IMG/VR virus record: IMGVR_UViG_3300017917_000405
Span: 30,729-94,728 of that record
Source: a virus
DNA: 64,000 nt
Reading direction: 5' to 3' (one strand)
The notes beneath the pieces were generated by a model. That model made no database searches. It saw only the letters and a list, made by a program, of their open reading frames with translations, and had not been told where the DNA came from. Below, one piece after another: positions 49,374 through 59,857 of this stretch (positions are counted from its first letter, which is position 1; every line of letters begins with the position of its first letter). A program made the position numbers and the translations under genes.

Positions 49374-50255
49374 TCAAATCAATTCTTGCCTGTCAAGGCG
49401 TATGGAGTTTGCAAAACTTTTCCAGTCATTCATACGGGTTTCCCAAGAATATAGACTGCTATATGAATTTGCAATAAGTAGTTTATTATATCTATTAAAC
49501 TTTATGTCTAATATGGCTTTATTGATTAGTTCAGATAGTTTCTTAGCGTGTGTTTTATTATCATTTATAGGCCCATAAACTACTGCATGTCCATTAGATG
49601 TTTCTCTCAAAGCGCCTGTATCACTAACAATTGAGTAAAGGCCACAAGAAAGAGCCTCTATTAGACATAGTGACGATGTTTCTGGAATCATTGCTGGGTA
49701 GGCAAATATATCGTATTGTTTAATTTCTTGTAGGATCTTTTCATGAGATACCCTACCATGATTTATAATATTATCTTTAATCATTGAATGAATATTAGTC
49801 ATTCTGCTGTCATATAAATCTGAATAAATATGTAATTCTGCGTCTTTCACATAATTCATAGCATCCAACAAGACAGTTGACGTTCTATAGATATCTGAAT
49901 GATTAACAATTTTAATTTTTGAATTAAAAATATCTACCCCATGAACATCTGTTGCATTTTTAATAACAAAACATTTGTTTGGATCTAATTTAAATCTTTT
50001 AATAAAATTATTTTTTTGATACTCAGAAACAAATATTAAATAATTAATGTTCGGGTGAGTTATCCACTCTAAATTATTTTCGTGATCGCCTATATGTATC
50101 CAAGCAATATTATTTTCTTTTATATTAATTTTTCCTGGAACAACAATCCAATTAAAGTAAGAAAAAATTGGAAAGTTTGGATATATTTTTTCAAGCCATT
50201 GCTTCGATATTATTTCTGTGCCACCATCGGCGTCATTAAGATCTAGTACTGATGA
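49374..50255 (-). CDS. Glycosyltransferase (GT-B/GT4-like)
   Basis: GGTE...FVSEYQK...ETSSLCLIEALSCG...GALRET. Confidence 0.85.
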   Translation of the reverse strand, partial: SSVLDLNDADGGTEIISKQWLEKIYPNFPIFSYFNWIVVPGKINIKENNIAWIHIGDHENNLEWITHPNINYLIFVSEYQKNNFIKRFKLDPNKCFVIKNATDVHGVDIFNSKIKIVNHSDIYRTSTVLLDAMNYVKDAELHIYSDLYDSRMTNIHSMIKDNIINHGRVSHEKILQEIKQYDIFAYPAMIPETSSLCLIEALSCGLYSIVSDTGALRETSNGHAVVYGPINDNKTHAKKLSELINKAILDIKFNRYNKLLIANSYSSLYSWETRMNDWKSFANSIRLDRQELI

Positions 50256-50883
50256 CATATGATTTGAAGTCTCCACGATACTTCTCTTTTCCTATATGAT
50301 TACATGTCATTTCTGGATTAATCATAATCTTGTATCCAAGATTTCTTAGCCTTTCACAAACAACATAATCTTCTGAGTATAAATGAAAATCTTTAACTTC
50401 AGTATAGAAAGCATTCTTAATGCCTTCATTGTTATGCTCATACTGTTCAGATGCAGTCCACAAGTCTATACAGGCATTTCTGCTCATCTTTAAGAACCCC
50501 ATGCCACAACCAGCAACCTCAATAAACCCATCCTTCTGTATATCTGTATTTAATAGTTTTACTGGATATTCATTTTCATGATTTTTTATTGGATATATTC
50601 CACCAGCAACGTCATGTCTACTTAAAACAAGTTCAATTGCCCACGCTGGATTCCATTGAATATCTGAATCTATCCATATAATTGAGTCCTGTGCATACTT
50701 ATGATGCGATGCAAATAAAATGTTCCTGGCGTGAGAAATTATGCTTTCGTTTGTTAGAAAGTTATAAGAAAAATCTATATTGTATTTCTTTCCATGTTCT
50801 ATAGTTTTTACTAAAGAATTTACATACTCAGCATATAGTTTCCCATCATATGTTGGGGTAAGAATCATGCTTTTGTGCGGCAT
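50236..50883 (-). CDS. Glycosyltransferase-like protein (GT-A fold)
   Basis: TPTY...ESIISHARN...WIDSDI...GMGFL...SEDYVVC...CNHIG. Confidence 0.8.
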   Translation of the reverse strand: MPHKSMILTPTYDGKLYAEYVNSLVKTIEHGKKYNIDFSYNFLTNESIISHARNILFASHHKYAQDSIIWIDSDIQWNPAWAIELVLSRHDVAGGIYPIKNHENEYPVKLLNTDIQKDGFIEVAGCGMGFLKMSRNACIDLWTASEQYEHNNEGIKNAFYTEVKDFHLYSEDYVVCERLRNLGYKIMINPEMTCNHIGKEKYRGDFKSYVISTRS

Positions 50884-50884
50884 T

Positions 50885-51232
50885 TTATTCTGCTGACATT
50901 TCTCTTGCGTGCCATTCTTTTACTGCATTTAGTAACTGGGTTGTATTGTTAAAGTGAGTAGTATTTAGACCTTCTGTGTTTAGTAGGCTATGGTGAAATG
51001 CGACCCCATGAATAAAAGGATCTCCATTGTTATGTTGGATTGCTTCTGGAATAGAACTAATTGTTATAACCATTAACCCATCGTCAAGTTGTAGTGATTC
51101 GTAGTCAAGACCCAGCCTTGCATTGCGATGATCATGTATTTCTTTTAGAAGATTATGAATTTCAATAATATTATCGTTGTTTACGATGCTCACAAAAACT
51201 CCTTCTTCTTCCAAATATTTTCTCTGTACCAT
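50885..51232 (-). CDS. Hypothetical protein
   Basis: ORF in operon; start uncertain. Confidence 0.5.
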   Translation of the reverse strand: MVQRKYLEEEGVFVSIVNNDNIIEIHNLLKEIHDHRNARLGLDYESLQLDDGLMVITISSIPEAIQHNNGDPFIHGVAFHHSLLNTEGLNTTHFNNTTQLLNAVKEWHAREMSAE

Positions 51233-52637
51233 CCAAATAACTTATCTCTAGCAGCGTATTGATACTTATTTGGAAACGGTGTTTCTATTATTGTACTATA
51301 CCAACTATCTCTCTTAAATGGAATCATTTGAACCATTGGGGTTCCTTTTGGAATAACTCCAGAAAATCCATCCTTCAGAGCAAACGGAATTCCACCAGGC
51401 CCAAGATAATCATCGGCATCAATGATCCCAGCGGTTGAATATGTAGGAAGATCAAATCTGTTAAATGGTTGAGTGATTAAAACACTATATCCCTTTGGAA
51501 GATGGAAGCCATATCTAAGTTCCCATGCCTGTAAAAACCTGCTATATCCAGAAAGAGGAGGGATTTGATCTGCTACATGCGCTGGACGAGAACTAAGCGG
51601 TGGAATAGTTGAGGTCCATTGCATACCAAAAGCCTCTTTGTTATGATCATCCCTAGTCACTAAAATATCACAATGAGTTACAAAGATATAGCCAGTAAGA
51701 AATATATCAAGAAATGACGTACAGGCTTTTACACCAAGGTTAGTTGCTCCATTCTCAGATATCACTAACTTATTACCGCCATCTGCATACCTTGGTATTT
51801 TCTTATACCATTCAGCAACTAACTTGTTGGCAGGAATTGGTGGTGAAACAAGCCCTTCTGCGTCATCATTTAGGGGCCAAAACTCTATGCTCTTTTTATT
51901 AATCTTTTTAAACATTATTTCCAAACCTTAGTAGATCTAAAGAAGGTCTTATACCTATTCATTGTTTTCTTTTTAGCAAACTGCCACATTTTTTCAGATG
52001 TGCCGTCTTCATCAAACGATACTGTGTGCGTCCAATCGTCACGTTTAAATGGAATTACCTGTGCAATTGGAGTGTCGTATTCAATAATTCCTTCAAAATC
52101 TTTTCTAATAAAAAATGGAAAATTAATTGCTACTGGATGTTTATCGGTATCAACAATTCCTGGGAGAATTTGAAATGGTAGATCGTCCCTGAAGAGTGGT
52201 TGTGTAATCAATGTTGAATACCCTGGAGGAGTTTTGATAATCCATGGGTTAATAAATTTAAACGCGCCACGATAATATTCATCAGATACATTAAAACTAT
52301 CATATTGTTCTACAGCATGGCTTTCAATTGGCGAACGCACATCTGTTGACCAACTAGTTTTTTTAAATCCATTTTGTTCATTTGAAAAAACCACATCTGC
52401 TGGCATAAGAATATAATATCCAGCAGTCATTGCATCAAACGCTGGCATACACGCCTTAACCGTTCTTGGCATGTTCCCGTGCTGATCAAGCGTCCTTGAT
52501 CCGATATACATGGCTTGATTCTTATACCAATCTGGTATAAGGCTATTAGCCGCTACGGGCGGGGAATATGCTACATGATCTTCTTTTGTTAGTGCTATAA
52601 ATTCAATTAGTTTATTCTTGGAATTCTTTTTCTTCAA
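51190..52637 (-). CDS. Two tandem paralogous proteins (51190-51915, 51915-52637), DUF6065-related
   Basis: Shared P.PA....WYK...VKAC..F.D....GY...P.GYS.LITQP..R.DLP....GI.D.D...TP..Q.IPFKRD.W. Confidence 0.75.
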
Positions 52638-52968
52638 TTTGTCTAATTCTCTCTAGTTCTTCCGCTTCTTGCTTCTTAATGTCGTGATCTACCTTTTTAA
52701 AAGAACATACTGCTTGAAGAAGTCTAGCATAAAGTGTTGATCGACTTCTAGTAATAATGTTTACATTTTCAGGATCGTTTAGTACAGCGAGTTCTTCATT
52801 AACAGACTCTATAAGTTTTTCATTAATTAAATCTACAAGCATCTGATAGTTCTCCGATGAATGCTCTACTAGTTGTTTAATTTTAAAATAATCTGTTAGT
52901 TCAAAATAAACATCGTCTGAGATGAAGAAGATCATTGTCTCTCCGTGCTCCATTGCCTTAAAACCCAT
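52612..52968 (-). CDS. Hypothetical protein (possible fibre chaperone)
   Basis: Directly downstream of the three tail-collar genes. Confidence 0.4.
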   Translation of the reverse strand: MGFKAMEHGETMIFFISDDVYFELTDYFKIKQLVEHSSENYQMLVDLINEKLIESVNEELAVLNDPENVNIITRSRSTLYARLLQAVCSFKKVDHDIKKQEAEELERIRQIEEKEFQE

Positions 52969-52978
52969 TTAATCCTCC

Positions 52979-53743
52979 TTAAAGTTTAATAAAAAATAAT
53001 CCTACGGTATATGGTATCAGATTGTTTGCTGAAGATAGATTTGCAGATGCTGTAATTTGGTGAGTATGCCCTGTGTTTCCTGCGCCTGCTGCGTTTCCAC
53101 TACCATAATGACCATGACTACTAGGATCATTTGCCACATATGCTCCAGGGAAAGGAAGTGCGTGACCATGACCATTACCAGCAGTTGATTGACCACCATC
53201 ATTTTTTTGAGCACTATTTCCTGGAGCATTAGTATTGACATATACGCCATTAATATTATGACCATGACTTCCCATATTACTATTGTTTATACTTACTCCA
53301 ATACCATGGTTATGGTCTAACGTTGCACTATCTGTTGTTATATATCCAGTTCCAGCATGTGTATGTGATCTAGAAGACGTATCTTTTGACCCTACCGTAC
53401 TTGCTGAATTTGCAGCACCAATCATAAAGAATGGATCTCCGTTAGTACCTGTTGATAAATCTGGAACATTAAAAGTAGTAGAGACTCCATAAATATTTGT
53501 TACCCCATCTGAGTATGCAGTACCACCATATATATTGCTAATTATTGCATGTAGGTTTCTATAGGTATATGTATTTAATGATCTTCCGTCACATGGACAA
53601 AATCCAAGACTATCAATAGATTGAGATGTATATGTAGAATAGTCATTACCACCAATTGATATTATTGCTCCAGTAGGAATACCAATATTAATAGAAGTAT
53701 TAAGGTCTACCCCATTTGAAATATTTAAGTTTTTTGTAGTCAT
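52979..53743 (-). CDS. Tail-collar domain fibre protein with HxH repeats (3)
   Basis: IPTGAII...GFCPCDGRSL...YRNLHAII...FNVPDL; six HxH motifs; ends FFIKL. Confidence 0.8.
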   Translation of the reverse strand: MTTKNLNISNGVDLNTSINIGIPTGAIISIGGNDYSTYTSQSIDSLGFCPCDGRSLNTYTYRNLHAIISNIYGGTAYSDGVTNIYGVSTTFNVPDLSTGTNGDPFFMIGAANSASTVGSKDTSSRSHTHAGTGYITTDSATLDHNHGIGVSINNSNMGSHGHNINGVYVNTNAPGNSAQKNDGGQSTAGNGHGHALPFPGAYVANDPSSHGHYGSGNAAGAGNTGHTHQITASANLSSANNLIPYTVGLFFIKL

Positions 53744-53745
53744 AA

Positions 53746-54474
53746 TTATACCTTTATTATATATTTTACCCTATAAACTAACGGTGTAAGATTAATGTCT
53801 GCTGGAGCAACATAAGAATAGGCGTTTGCTGATGCTGGATGGGTGTGCCCAAGATAAGTACCATTAAGCAAATCTCCCGCAGCATGTCCATGATTATGCT
53901 GAGAGTTTTGTGCGTTTGAATATCCATATGAGTTATTTGAATAATGTGAATGACCTGGACCAGCAACCTGATCGTTTACGTTGCCAGTTCTATTTGCTAA
54001 TGTATATGGCCCAGTACCTCCTCCTCCACCAGATCCGCCTCCGCCATGATCATGTGATGTGTAGGCCTGATCATATGAATAACTCCAGTTTGTAGCAGCG
54101 TGGTTTGGTCCCTGTTGATTTGGCGTATTTGCAGAGCCAGAACCAGCAGTATGAGAGTGATAGGAGTTGCTATTTGTAGCAGCAGGTACTGTTCCTACTG
54201 GAGCAGGAACTAATTGTGAATATCTGCTGTGTAAGTTTGGTACTCTAAAATGGGATGTTCCAGCCCCTCCAGACCCATTTGTTTCTCCATAAACAGTTCC
54301 AATTGCAGTATATAAATTCTCATAAGACGTTTTTGAGTACTCACTTCCGTCACACAATGCCCATCCGTCTGGAACAAGGCCTGTAATTGGTATCATTATA
54401 ATAGATCCGCTACGAAATATTGATCCAGAAAAATTATTTACTTCGATATCATTTTTTATTTCTAGATTTGTCAT
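53746..54474 (-). CDS. Tail-collar domain fibre protein with HxH repeats (2)
   Basis: VPDGWALCDGS...YENLYTAIGTVYG...FRVPNL; HxH motifs; ends YIIKV. Confidence 0.85.
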   Translation of the reverse strand: MTNLEIKNDIEVNNFSGSIFRSGSIIMIPITGLVPDGWALCDGSEYSKTSYENLYTAIGTVYGETNGSGGAGTSHFRVPNLHSRYSQLVPAPVGTVPAATNSNSYHSHTAGSGSANTPNQQGPNHAATNWSYSYDQAYTSHDHGGGGSGGGGGTGPYTLANRTGNVNDQVAGPGHSHYSNNSYGYSNAQNSQHNHGHAAGDLLNGTYLGHTHPASANAYSYVAPADINLTPLVYRVKYIIKV

Positions 54475-55193
54475 TATAACGCCCTTATTATAAAATTAAA
54501 ACTAATATTTTTTACGCTGTTCGTTTTTTGATCTGTTAAAAGAGTAGACTGACCAGTAACAGTATGACTATGTGCAGATGGGTTTGTTTGCCCAGTCCAA
54601 GCAGCAGTAACATTATGTCCATGTGTAGCATTTCCAGCATTAGTATACGATGCTCCACCACCATAATGAACGTGCTGAATCCAAACTACGTTTGCTCCAG
54701 CAGTACCATTTCCTCTGTTTACTGAACCAGCGCCATTATTTGACGCACCATTTACATATGCTCCATGATCGTGATACCATCCAGATTGTTGCGGCTGATT
54801 ATTCATTGTCAAGTTATGCCCGTGTGTTAAATCTGTGGCATTTGAACTTGTTGTAAAATTTCCAGCAAGAATGTTGTGAACATGAACATTTGTTCCAGCA
54901 TATGGAGTAATGTCTCCAGATGTAAACCCGACAGGATATCTTCCAGTAATTAATGGCAAACTCGTAGTGTTTAGAACAGCATAAAGTAATGGATAGTTAG
55001 CATAAAGAAAACTATTTCCGTTGCAAAGTAACCAACCAGATGGCGCGGTAGTTGTAATTGCTCCGCCAGCAGAACTCTGTGTAATTTGACCAGCGAAAGG
55101 AAGAATTGTGCCAACTGCTGGAAGATACTGTCCATAGTTTTCAATTAGTTCAGAAGATAGGGACTCTGCTACGGCAAAGTTTTTTACTGGCAT
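54474..55193 (-). CDS. Tail-collar domain fibre protein with HxH repeats (1)
   Basis: VGTILPFAG...APSGWLLCNG...YPLLYAVL; six HxH motifs; ends FIIRAL. Confidence 0.85.
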   Translation of the reverse strand: MPVKNFAVAESLSSELIENYGQYLPAVGTILPFAGQITQSSAGGAITTTAPSGWLLCNGNSFLYANYPLLYAVLNTTSLPLITGRYPVGFTSGDITPYAGTNVHVHNILAGNFTTSSNATDLTHGHNLTMNNQPQQSGWYHDHGAYVNGASNNGAGSVNRGNGTAGANVVWIQHVHYGGGASYTNAGNATHGHNVTAAWTGQTNPSAHSHTVTGQSTLLTDQKTNSVKNISFNFIIRAL

Positions 55194-55978
55194 TATGCAG
55201 TCACCGTCATCCTTACAATTTTTGCAGTAACATTTGTAGTTGCTGCATTTGTAATCGTAGCATTGAGTTGTGCAGTACCACTACTTATTGATGTTGTAAA
55301 AGTAACTGGAATAGTTGTTCCAAATGATAAAATACCGTATTCTGTATGGCTTACTGAAGTTCCATCTGATAGCATAATAACTTTACATGTTCTATATGAA
55401 GTTCCTTGTTTTAACTGTATTAAAAATTCTGCAGAACTATATGTTGCTGTGCTATAAGAACTAATAACATTTGCGGTATTTGTAGTAATAGAGACAGTAG
55501 AACTTGCTAGATTAGACATATAGTTAGTGCTAAATTCTGTACTTGATCCTACCCATTGGCTTCCGTCCCAGTATGCAATAGTGTCTGTTGAATCGTCAAT
55601 CCAAATGTCTCCAGTAGTTGCCGCAGACGGTTCTGTAGAAGTAAGATATACATACTGTCTGCCATTTTCTTCATATACCCCATTAACAGAAAAACATATG
55701 TTTGCGCTTGACGATCTTACATATATAACGTCATCTTTTTCTACAGCAAACCTAAAAGTTTCCATTGAGTTATTTGCTGGAATTACTACATCATACGATT
55801 GATATACATATTCCGACGGTCCAGTTGATCCAAGTGGCTGTACCCAGATTCTTACTGTTGCTGCTGTTGTAGCCTTATTAGTAGCAATTACTGACACAAG
55901 AGCCTCGCGGGTTACGGTATGAATGCTTGTGTCTGTATTGGCTGCTGGGGTATTCAAAGCGAAACGAGTAATAGCCAT
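55193..55978 (-). CDS. Virion fibre/adaptor protein
   Basis: N-terminal domain paralogous to 59858..61138; PSAATTGDIWID fibre motif. Confidence 0.7.
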   Translation of the reverse strand: MAITRFALNTPAANTDTSIHTVTREALVSVIATNKATTAATVRIWVQPLGSTGPSEYVYQSYDVVIPANNSMETFRFAVEKDDVIYVRSSSANICFSVNGVYEENGRQYVYLTSTEPSAATTGDIWIDDSTDTIAYWDGSQWVGSSTEFSTNYMSNLASSTVSITTNTANVISSYSTATYSSAEFLIQLKQGTSYRTCKVIMLSDGTSVSHTEYGILSFGTTIPVTFTTSISSGTAQLNATITNAATTNVTAKIVRMTVTA

Positions 55979-55994
55979 ATGTTGATTATACCAT

Positions 55995-56345
55995 TCAGGA
56001 AATGCGGTTTACATAGCCAGAAATATTAATTACGCTACCCGTTCCAGCAAATGCACGAACCACGTTTCCGTTATTTAGAAGTAGGCCAGGAATGACAAGA
56101 GTAAGACCAGACTCACCAGTTAATGTTAATTCTATATGGTCATTTGGAGCAGTTACCCCACCATATTCAATAGTTAACTTTACAGAAGATGTTGAAGAGT
56201 TAACTGCATAGATCCAAACTTCATCTAGTCCAGAAGTTCCAGAAATGGCGGTATGAATCGTAGTTCCTGGAGTTCCTGTTGCTGTAACAAGAATTTGTTT
56301 ACCATTTGTAGATCCACTTAAAAGTTGCTTTGAATAGGTCGCCAT
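55995..56345 (-). CDS. Small beta-sandwich virion protein
   Basis: MATYSKQLLSGSTNGK...DEVWIYAVN...ISGYVNRIS. Confidence 0.65.
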   Translation of the reverse strand: MATYSKQLLSGSTNGKQILVTATGTPGTTIHTAISGTSGLDEVWIYAVNSSTSSVKLTIEYGGVTAPNDHIELTLTGESGLTLVIPGLLLNNGNVVRAFAGTGSVINISGYVNRIS

Positions 56346-56360
56346 TTTTTAATTATACCA

Positions 56361-58067
56361 TCACAGACCGTAAGTTTTTCTAAAAGCATCATAAACTTGA
56401 GAAATTTCTGTTGCGCTAAGTTTTCTATTGTAAACCATAAATAATCCAATAGATCCCCAGAATTGATCTGTGGAAGTCAGCGGGTCTGTGCTACCTCCAT
56501 GGTATGCCCCAATTGATCCAAAGCCTCTTGTAAAAGCGGCGTTTGCGTTCGTAATAGATCCAGCCGCCGAATTATTATTAACAAAAAATTCATATTGTGG
56601 GGCCAAAGAGGACATTCTCCAAGTTAGCATATTCCAACTCGTGGTTAAATTTCTTGAACTAGCATTTGTAACGTTTACTCCTGAAGAAATAAACCCTGCT
56701 CCGTCATTGTCATACATTCCAAGCGCGTTATCTGACTGAATAATAATTTGATGATCGTTAGAGTATCCTCTGGTTCCAGTTCTCCAGTTTGCAGTAGATG
56801 TAGATATTTGAGAAAACATTATTATTGTTGCGTTATTACTTGAAGCAAAGTTTACATCTGCACCGTTTTTTGCACAACCATACCCACCTCCAAAATTCAT
56901 ATATTTAAAAGTAGAGCCTTGATATGCAGAAGCAGCAATATTAAAATTGTTTCCGTTTCCAGAAAGATCATACCAAACAGTTCCAGAACCAGGATAACTT
57001 GATGGATTATTTGCATCAAGTAGTAATGTTAGTCCATTTGTTGGATATATTGGTAGCGGCTGTTCTAATGGATATCTTACAACAACAATTCCAGATCCTC
57101 CGTCACCGCCTCTGTTTCCAATATTATAGTGGTGTCCACCGCCACCACCGCCACCAGTATTTGCACCAGCATCTCCACCACGAGTATTTGCTTGTACGTT
57201 ATTTGCTCCTCCTAAACCTGGCATACCAGGATTATATCCAGCACCTCCAGTACTTGTTCCACAAGCACCTCCACCGCCTCCGCCAATGCCGCCGTTGCCG
57301 CCGTTGCCAGCAGAGTATGCAGAGCCACCTCCGCCACCACCCCAATATAGTTCGTATCCTAGGATGTCACAAAGGATTCCTGGACCTCCATTTGGTTGTG
57401 CAGTAGAACTAGTTCCTGGTCCACCTGCTCCACCACCGCCACCAGAATAATATTGTCCTCCGCCATTACCTCCAGCGTATCCCTGACCAGCAGTTCCAGT
57501 TCCTCCAGCCCTTGTGCCTCCATCGCTATATCCACTTGGTCCTCCTCCAGACCCGCCACTTCCTGGATATCCATAATTTGGAGTGTATCCATAATAAGAA
57601 CTTGCACCATACCCGCCACCGATTGCCGTTAATGATCCAAAAACAGAGTTTCCTCCATTTGTTGCGCTTACAGTAAATTGATGTGCGCTAGGTTGTGGAC
57701 CAGTTCCGTCTGTTCGGTATCCACCACTTCCAGATGGCCCACCATATCCACCAGCACCTACAGTAATAGAAATATTATCTAATGAGTTTACAGAATATCT
57801 TCCCATAAGAACACCACCGCCGCCACCGCCGCCGCCCATGTCCATTCCGCCACCTCCGCCGCCTGCTACAACAAGATACTCAACGGCTTTATCAGATCCA
57901 GCATCGTAGATATATAGAGAATCGTTTCCTACAGTAGTAAAAACGTGAAGTTTATATGTAATCCCTTTATATGTTATTATCGACTCAGTTCCACCTTTAG
58001 CAACTACTGGTCTAAATCCAGCATAAGAGGAAACTTTTTTCGAAGGTTGTATTCTAGATATTTCCAT
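56361..58067 (-). CDS. Glycine-rich adhesin with C-terminal LamG-like domain
   Basis: YLVVAGGGGGG...GGSGIVVVRY poly-Gly domain, then LLLDANNPSSYPGSGTVWYDLSGNGN...YNRKLSATEI. Confidence 0.8.
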   Translation of the reverse strand: MEISRIQPSKKVSSYAGFRPVVAKGGTESIITYKGITYKLHVFTTVGNDSLYIYDAGSDKAVEYLVVAGGGGGGMDMGGGGGGGGVLMGRYSVNSLDNISITVGAGGYGGPSGSGGYRTDGTGPQPSAHQFTVSATNGGNSVFGSLTAIGGGYGASSYYGYTPNYGYPGSGGSGGGPSGYSDGGTRAGGTGTAGQGYAGGNGGGQYYSGGGGGAGGPGTSSTAQPNGGPGILCDILGYELYWGGGGGGSAYSAGNGGNGGIGGGGGGACGTSTGGAGYNPGMPGLGGANNVQANTRGGDAGANTGGGGGGGHHYNIGNRGGDGGSGIVVVRYPLEQPLPIYPTNGLTLLLDANNPSSYPGSGTVWYDLSGNGNNFNIAASAYQGSTFKYMNFGGGYGCAKNGADVNFASSNNATIIMFSQISTSTANWRTGTRGYSNDHQIIIQSDNALGMYDNDGAGFISSGVNVTNASSRNLTTSWNMLTWRMSSLAPQYEFFVNNNSAAGSITNANAAFTRGFGSIGAYHGGSTDPLTSTDQFWGSIGLFMVYNRKLSATEISQVYDAFRKTYGL

Positions 58068-58672
58068 TAGTAAGATATTCCATTCCATGCCTTTTTAATT
58101 ACTCTAATGTTAGTAAATCCTCCAAAAACTGCAGAAACACGGTTGAATGATGAATCAACATAAACTGTTTGCCCTGCTCCATAGTTTACGCTATACATTA
58201 AAGTAGAGCCATTATAATGATAAAGCATTCCATTAATATCGTAAACTAAATAAAATTTATTAAGTCTTGACCAGTTTCTAACTGGAGGAGTTATATATGA
58301 TCCATTATGGTATACCTCATAAAGTGTTTCTGCATATGGATATGCTGCATAGTCAAGAGTATTATAACTAGCATTTGCTGTTGGATCTGTGTTCCACCCG
58401 ATCATTGCATAAGATAAATCATTGTCTCTGTTTCCACTAATTTTATTAAACTCAAGTGTTACTGGTGCGGTGAATCCAACGGAAGTATATGCTTGGGCAT
58501 CCCAGTCCCATGCGCCAGAAGATTTAAATATAGATACGCAGTCTGTTCCATTTCCACGAACACTTAATGTTCCAGTTGCAGTAAAGGTTAAAGGTTCATA
58601 GTATTCTTTAAAAGAATTATTTGGAACCCATGATGAAACCGACTTTGATACTAAAGATCTTGATATGTCCAT
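58067..58672 (-). CDS. Putative lectin-like virion protein
   Basis: Aromatic/beta-rich; N-terminus similar to that of the downstream adhesin. Confidence 0.55.
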   Translation of the reverse strand: MDISRSLVSKSVSSWVPNNSFKEYYEPLTFTATGTLSVRGNGTDCVSIFKSSGAWDWDAQAYTSVGFTAPVTLEFNKISGNRDNDLSYAMIGWNTDPTANASYNTLDYAAYPYAETLYEVYHNGSYITPPVRNWSRLNKFYLVYDINGMLYHYNGSTLMYSVNYGAGQTVYVDSSFNRVSAVFGGFTNIRVIKKAWNGISY

Positions 58673-58676
58673 TTAA

Positions 58677-58841
58677 TTACCTAAATACCTGATTAAATAT
58701 TACAAGATCTGCATCTTCTTTAAATATTTTTTCAGACTCTAGTTCTGTAATAGCATCCTGTACTGTGGTAGAAGAAAGGTTTCCACTAGGAGTAAAAACT
58801 ATTGAACCTGAAATTTCTGGTGGGTTTGCATATCCTGGCAT
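58677..58841 (-). CDS. 54-aa fibre-linker peptide (not in ORF track)
   Basis: MPGYANPPEISGSIVFTPSGNLSSTTVQDAITELESEK...; paralogous to the N-terminus of 58858..59568; has its own leaderless promoter. Confidence 0.65.
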   Translation of the reverse strand: MPGYANPPEISGSIVFTPSGNLSSTTVQDAITELESEKIFKEDADLVIFNQVFR

Positions 58842-58857
58842 ACTTTAATTATAACAT

Positions 58858-59568
58858 TTACGCAGCATATTCTGTAACGGTAAATATACTTCTTCCTTGT
58901 GTAGAATAGTTTTGAGAAGCATTATTTGCTTCCGATCTATTAATATAAAATGTTCCAGTTCTATTCTTTAGTCTTAGGCTATAAATTCTTGAAGTTAATG
59001 TTGTGTTTGTGTCTACCCAATGACCAGAAAAAGTGTTAATCATATTGGAGTCCGTCTGTCCTCCAGTTCCATAACTCATTTTCCATGCATCTCCAACATT
59101 ATATCCAGAAACCATTCCAGTAGACTCGCCAGTATATAAACTATTTGAGTCTTTATATGGAGCACACCAAGCAACAATGTCTCCGCCATTTTCTATTCCC
59201 TGCAACTGCCATTCTAGTTTAAAATATGAATTATTTGATTTTGGAGTAACTGTAATTGACATTGCAGTAGTTCCATCTGTAATTACAGTAAATCCAGATG
59301 TTGTACTCATTGTTCCAGTACTTGTTAACTTTACTGTTTGAATCTGCAAAACTGCGCCAGCATCTACGGCATCTGAAACGCTATATCCATTAATAGTTGT
59401 ATTAGTTGGAAGTATAACTGGTCCAGTAAAGGTCGCACCTGAAAGTGCGGCTTTTTCTGAGTCAAGTTCATTGATTGCATCTGGTACTGTTACAGATGTT
59501 ATATTACCAGAAGGTGTTATACCAACTGAAGATATTGGAGATATTCCACTTACTAAATATCCTGGCAT
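58858..59568 (-). CDS. Tail fibre protein
   Basis: AALSGATFTG...GAVLQIQ...SITVTPKS..S...SIFTVTEYAA fibre-tip family pattern. Confidence 0.7.
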   Translation of the reverse strand: MPGYLVSGISPISSVGITPSGNITSVTVPDAINELDSEKAALSGATFTGPVILPTNTTINGYSVSDAVDAGAVLQIQTVKLTSTGTMSTTSGFTVITDGTTAMSITVTPKSNNSYFKLEWQLQGIENGGDIVAWCAPYKDSNSLYTGESTGMVSGYNVGDAWKMSYGTGGQTDSNMINTFSGHWVDTNTTLTSRIYSLRLKNRTGTFYINRSEANNASQNYSTQGRSIFTVTEYAA

Positions 59569-59585
59569 ATCTTGATTATATCATT

Positions 59586-59843
59586 TTATAGACTAGATTC
59601 AAGTTCTGCTTGTTGCTCTGCTATAGACTTAATGTTTGCTGCTAAAACTACTGCCTCGCGGTCAGCGGGTATTTCAGTAATTTCTGGGTCAGCGATCATT
59701 CGTTGAACTTCTGACTGAAAAATTTCTTCCATTGCAATACGGGCGCGAACGGTTGCCGCATTTTGAATCCATTCTTGTGGATCTAATGCAATATATGCAA
59801 ATGCTTTTTCTTCTGCCTCTGTAAGAATTATTGTATATTCCAT
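59586..59843 (-). CDS. Hypothetical protein (fibre-associated)
   Basis: 85 aa; leaderless promoter. Confidence 0.6.
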   Translation of the reverse strand: MEYTIILTEAEEKAFAYIALDPQEWIQNAATVRARIAMEEIFQSEVQRMIADPEITEIPADREAVVLAANIKSIAEQQAELESSL

Positions 59844-59857
59844 TTTTTTATTATACC

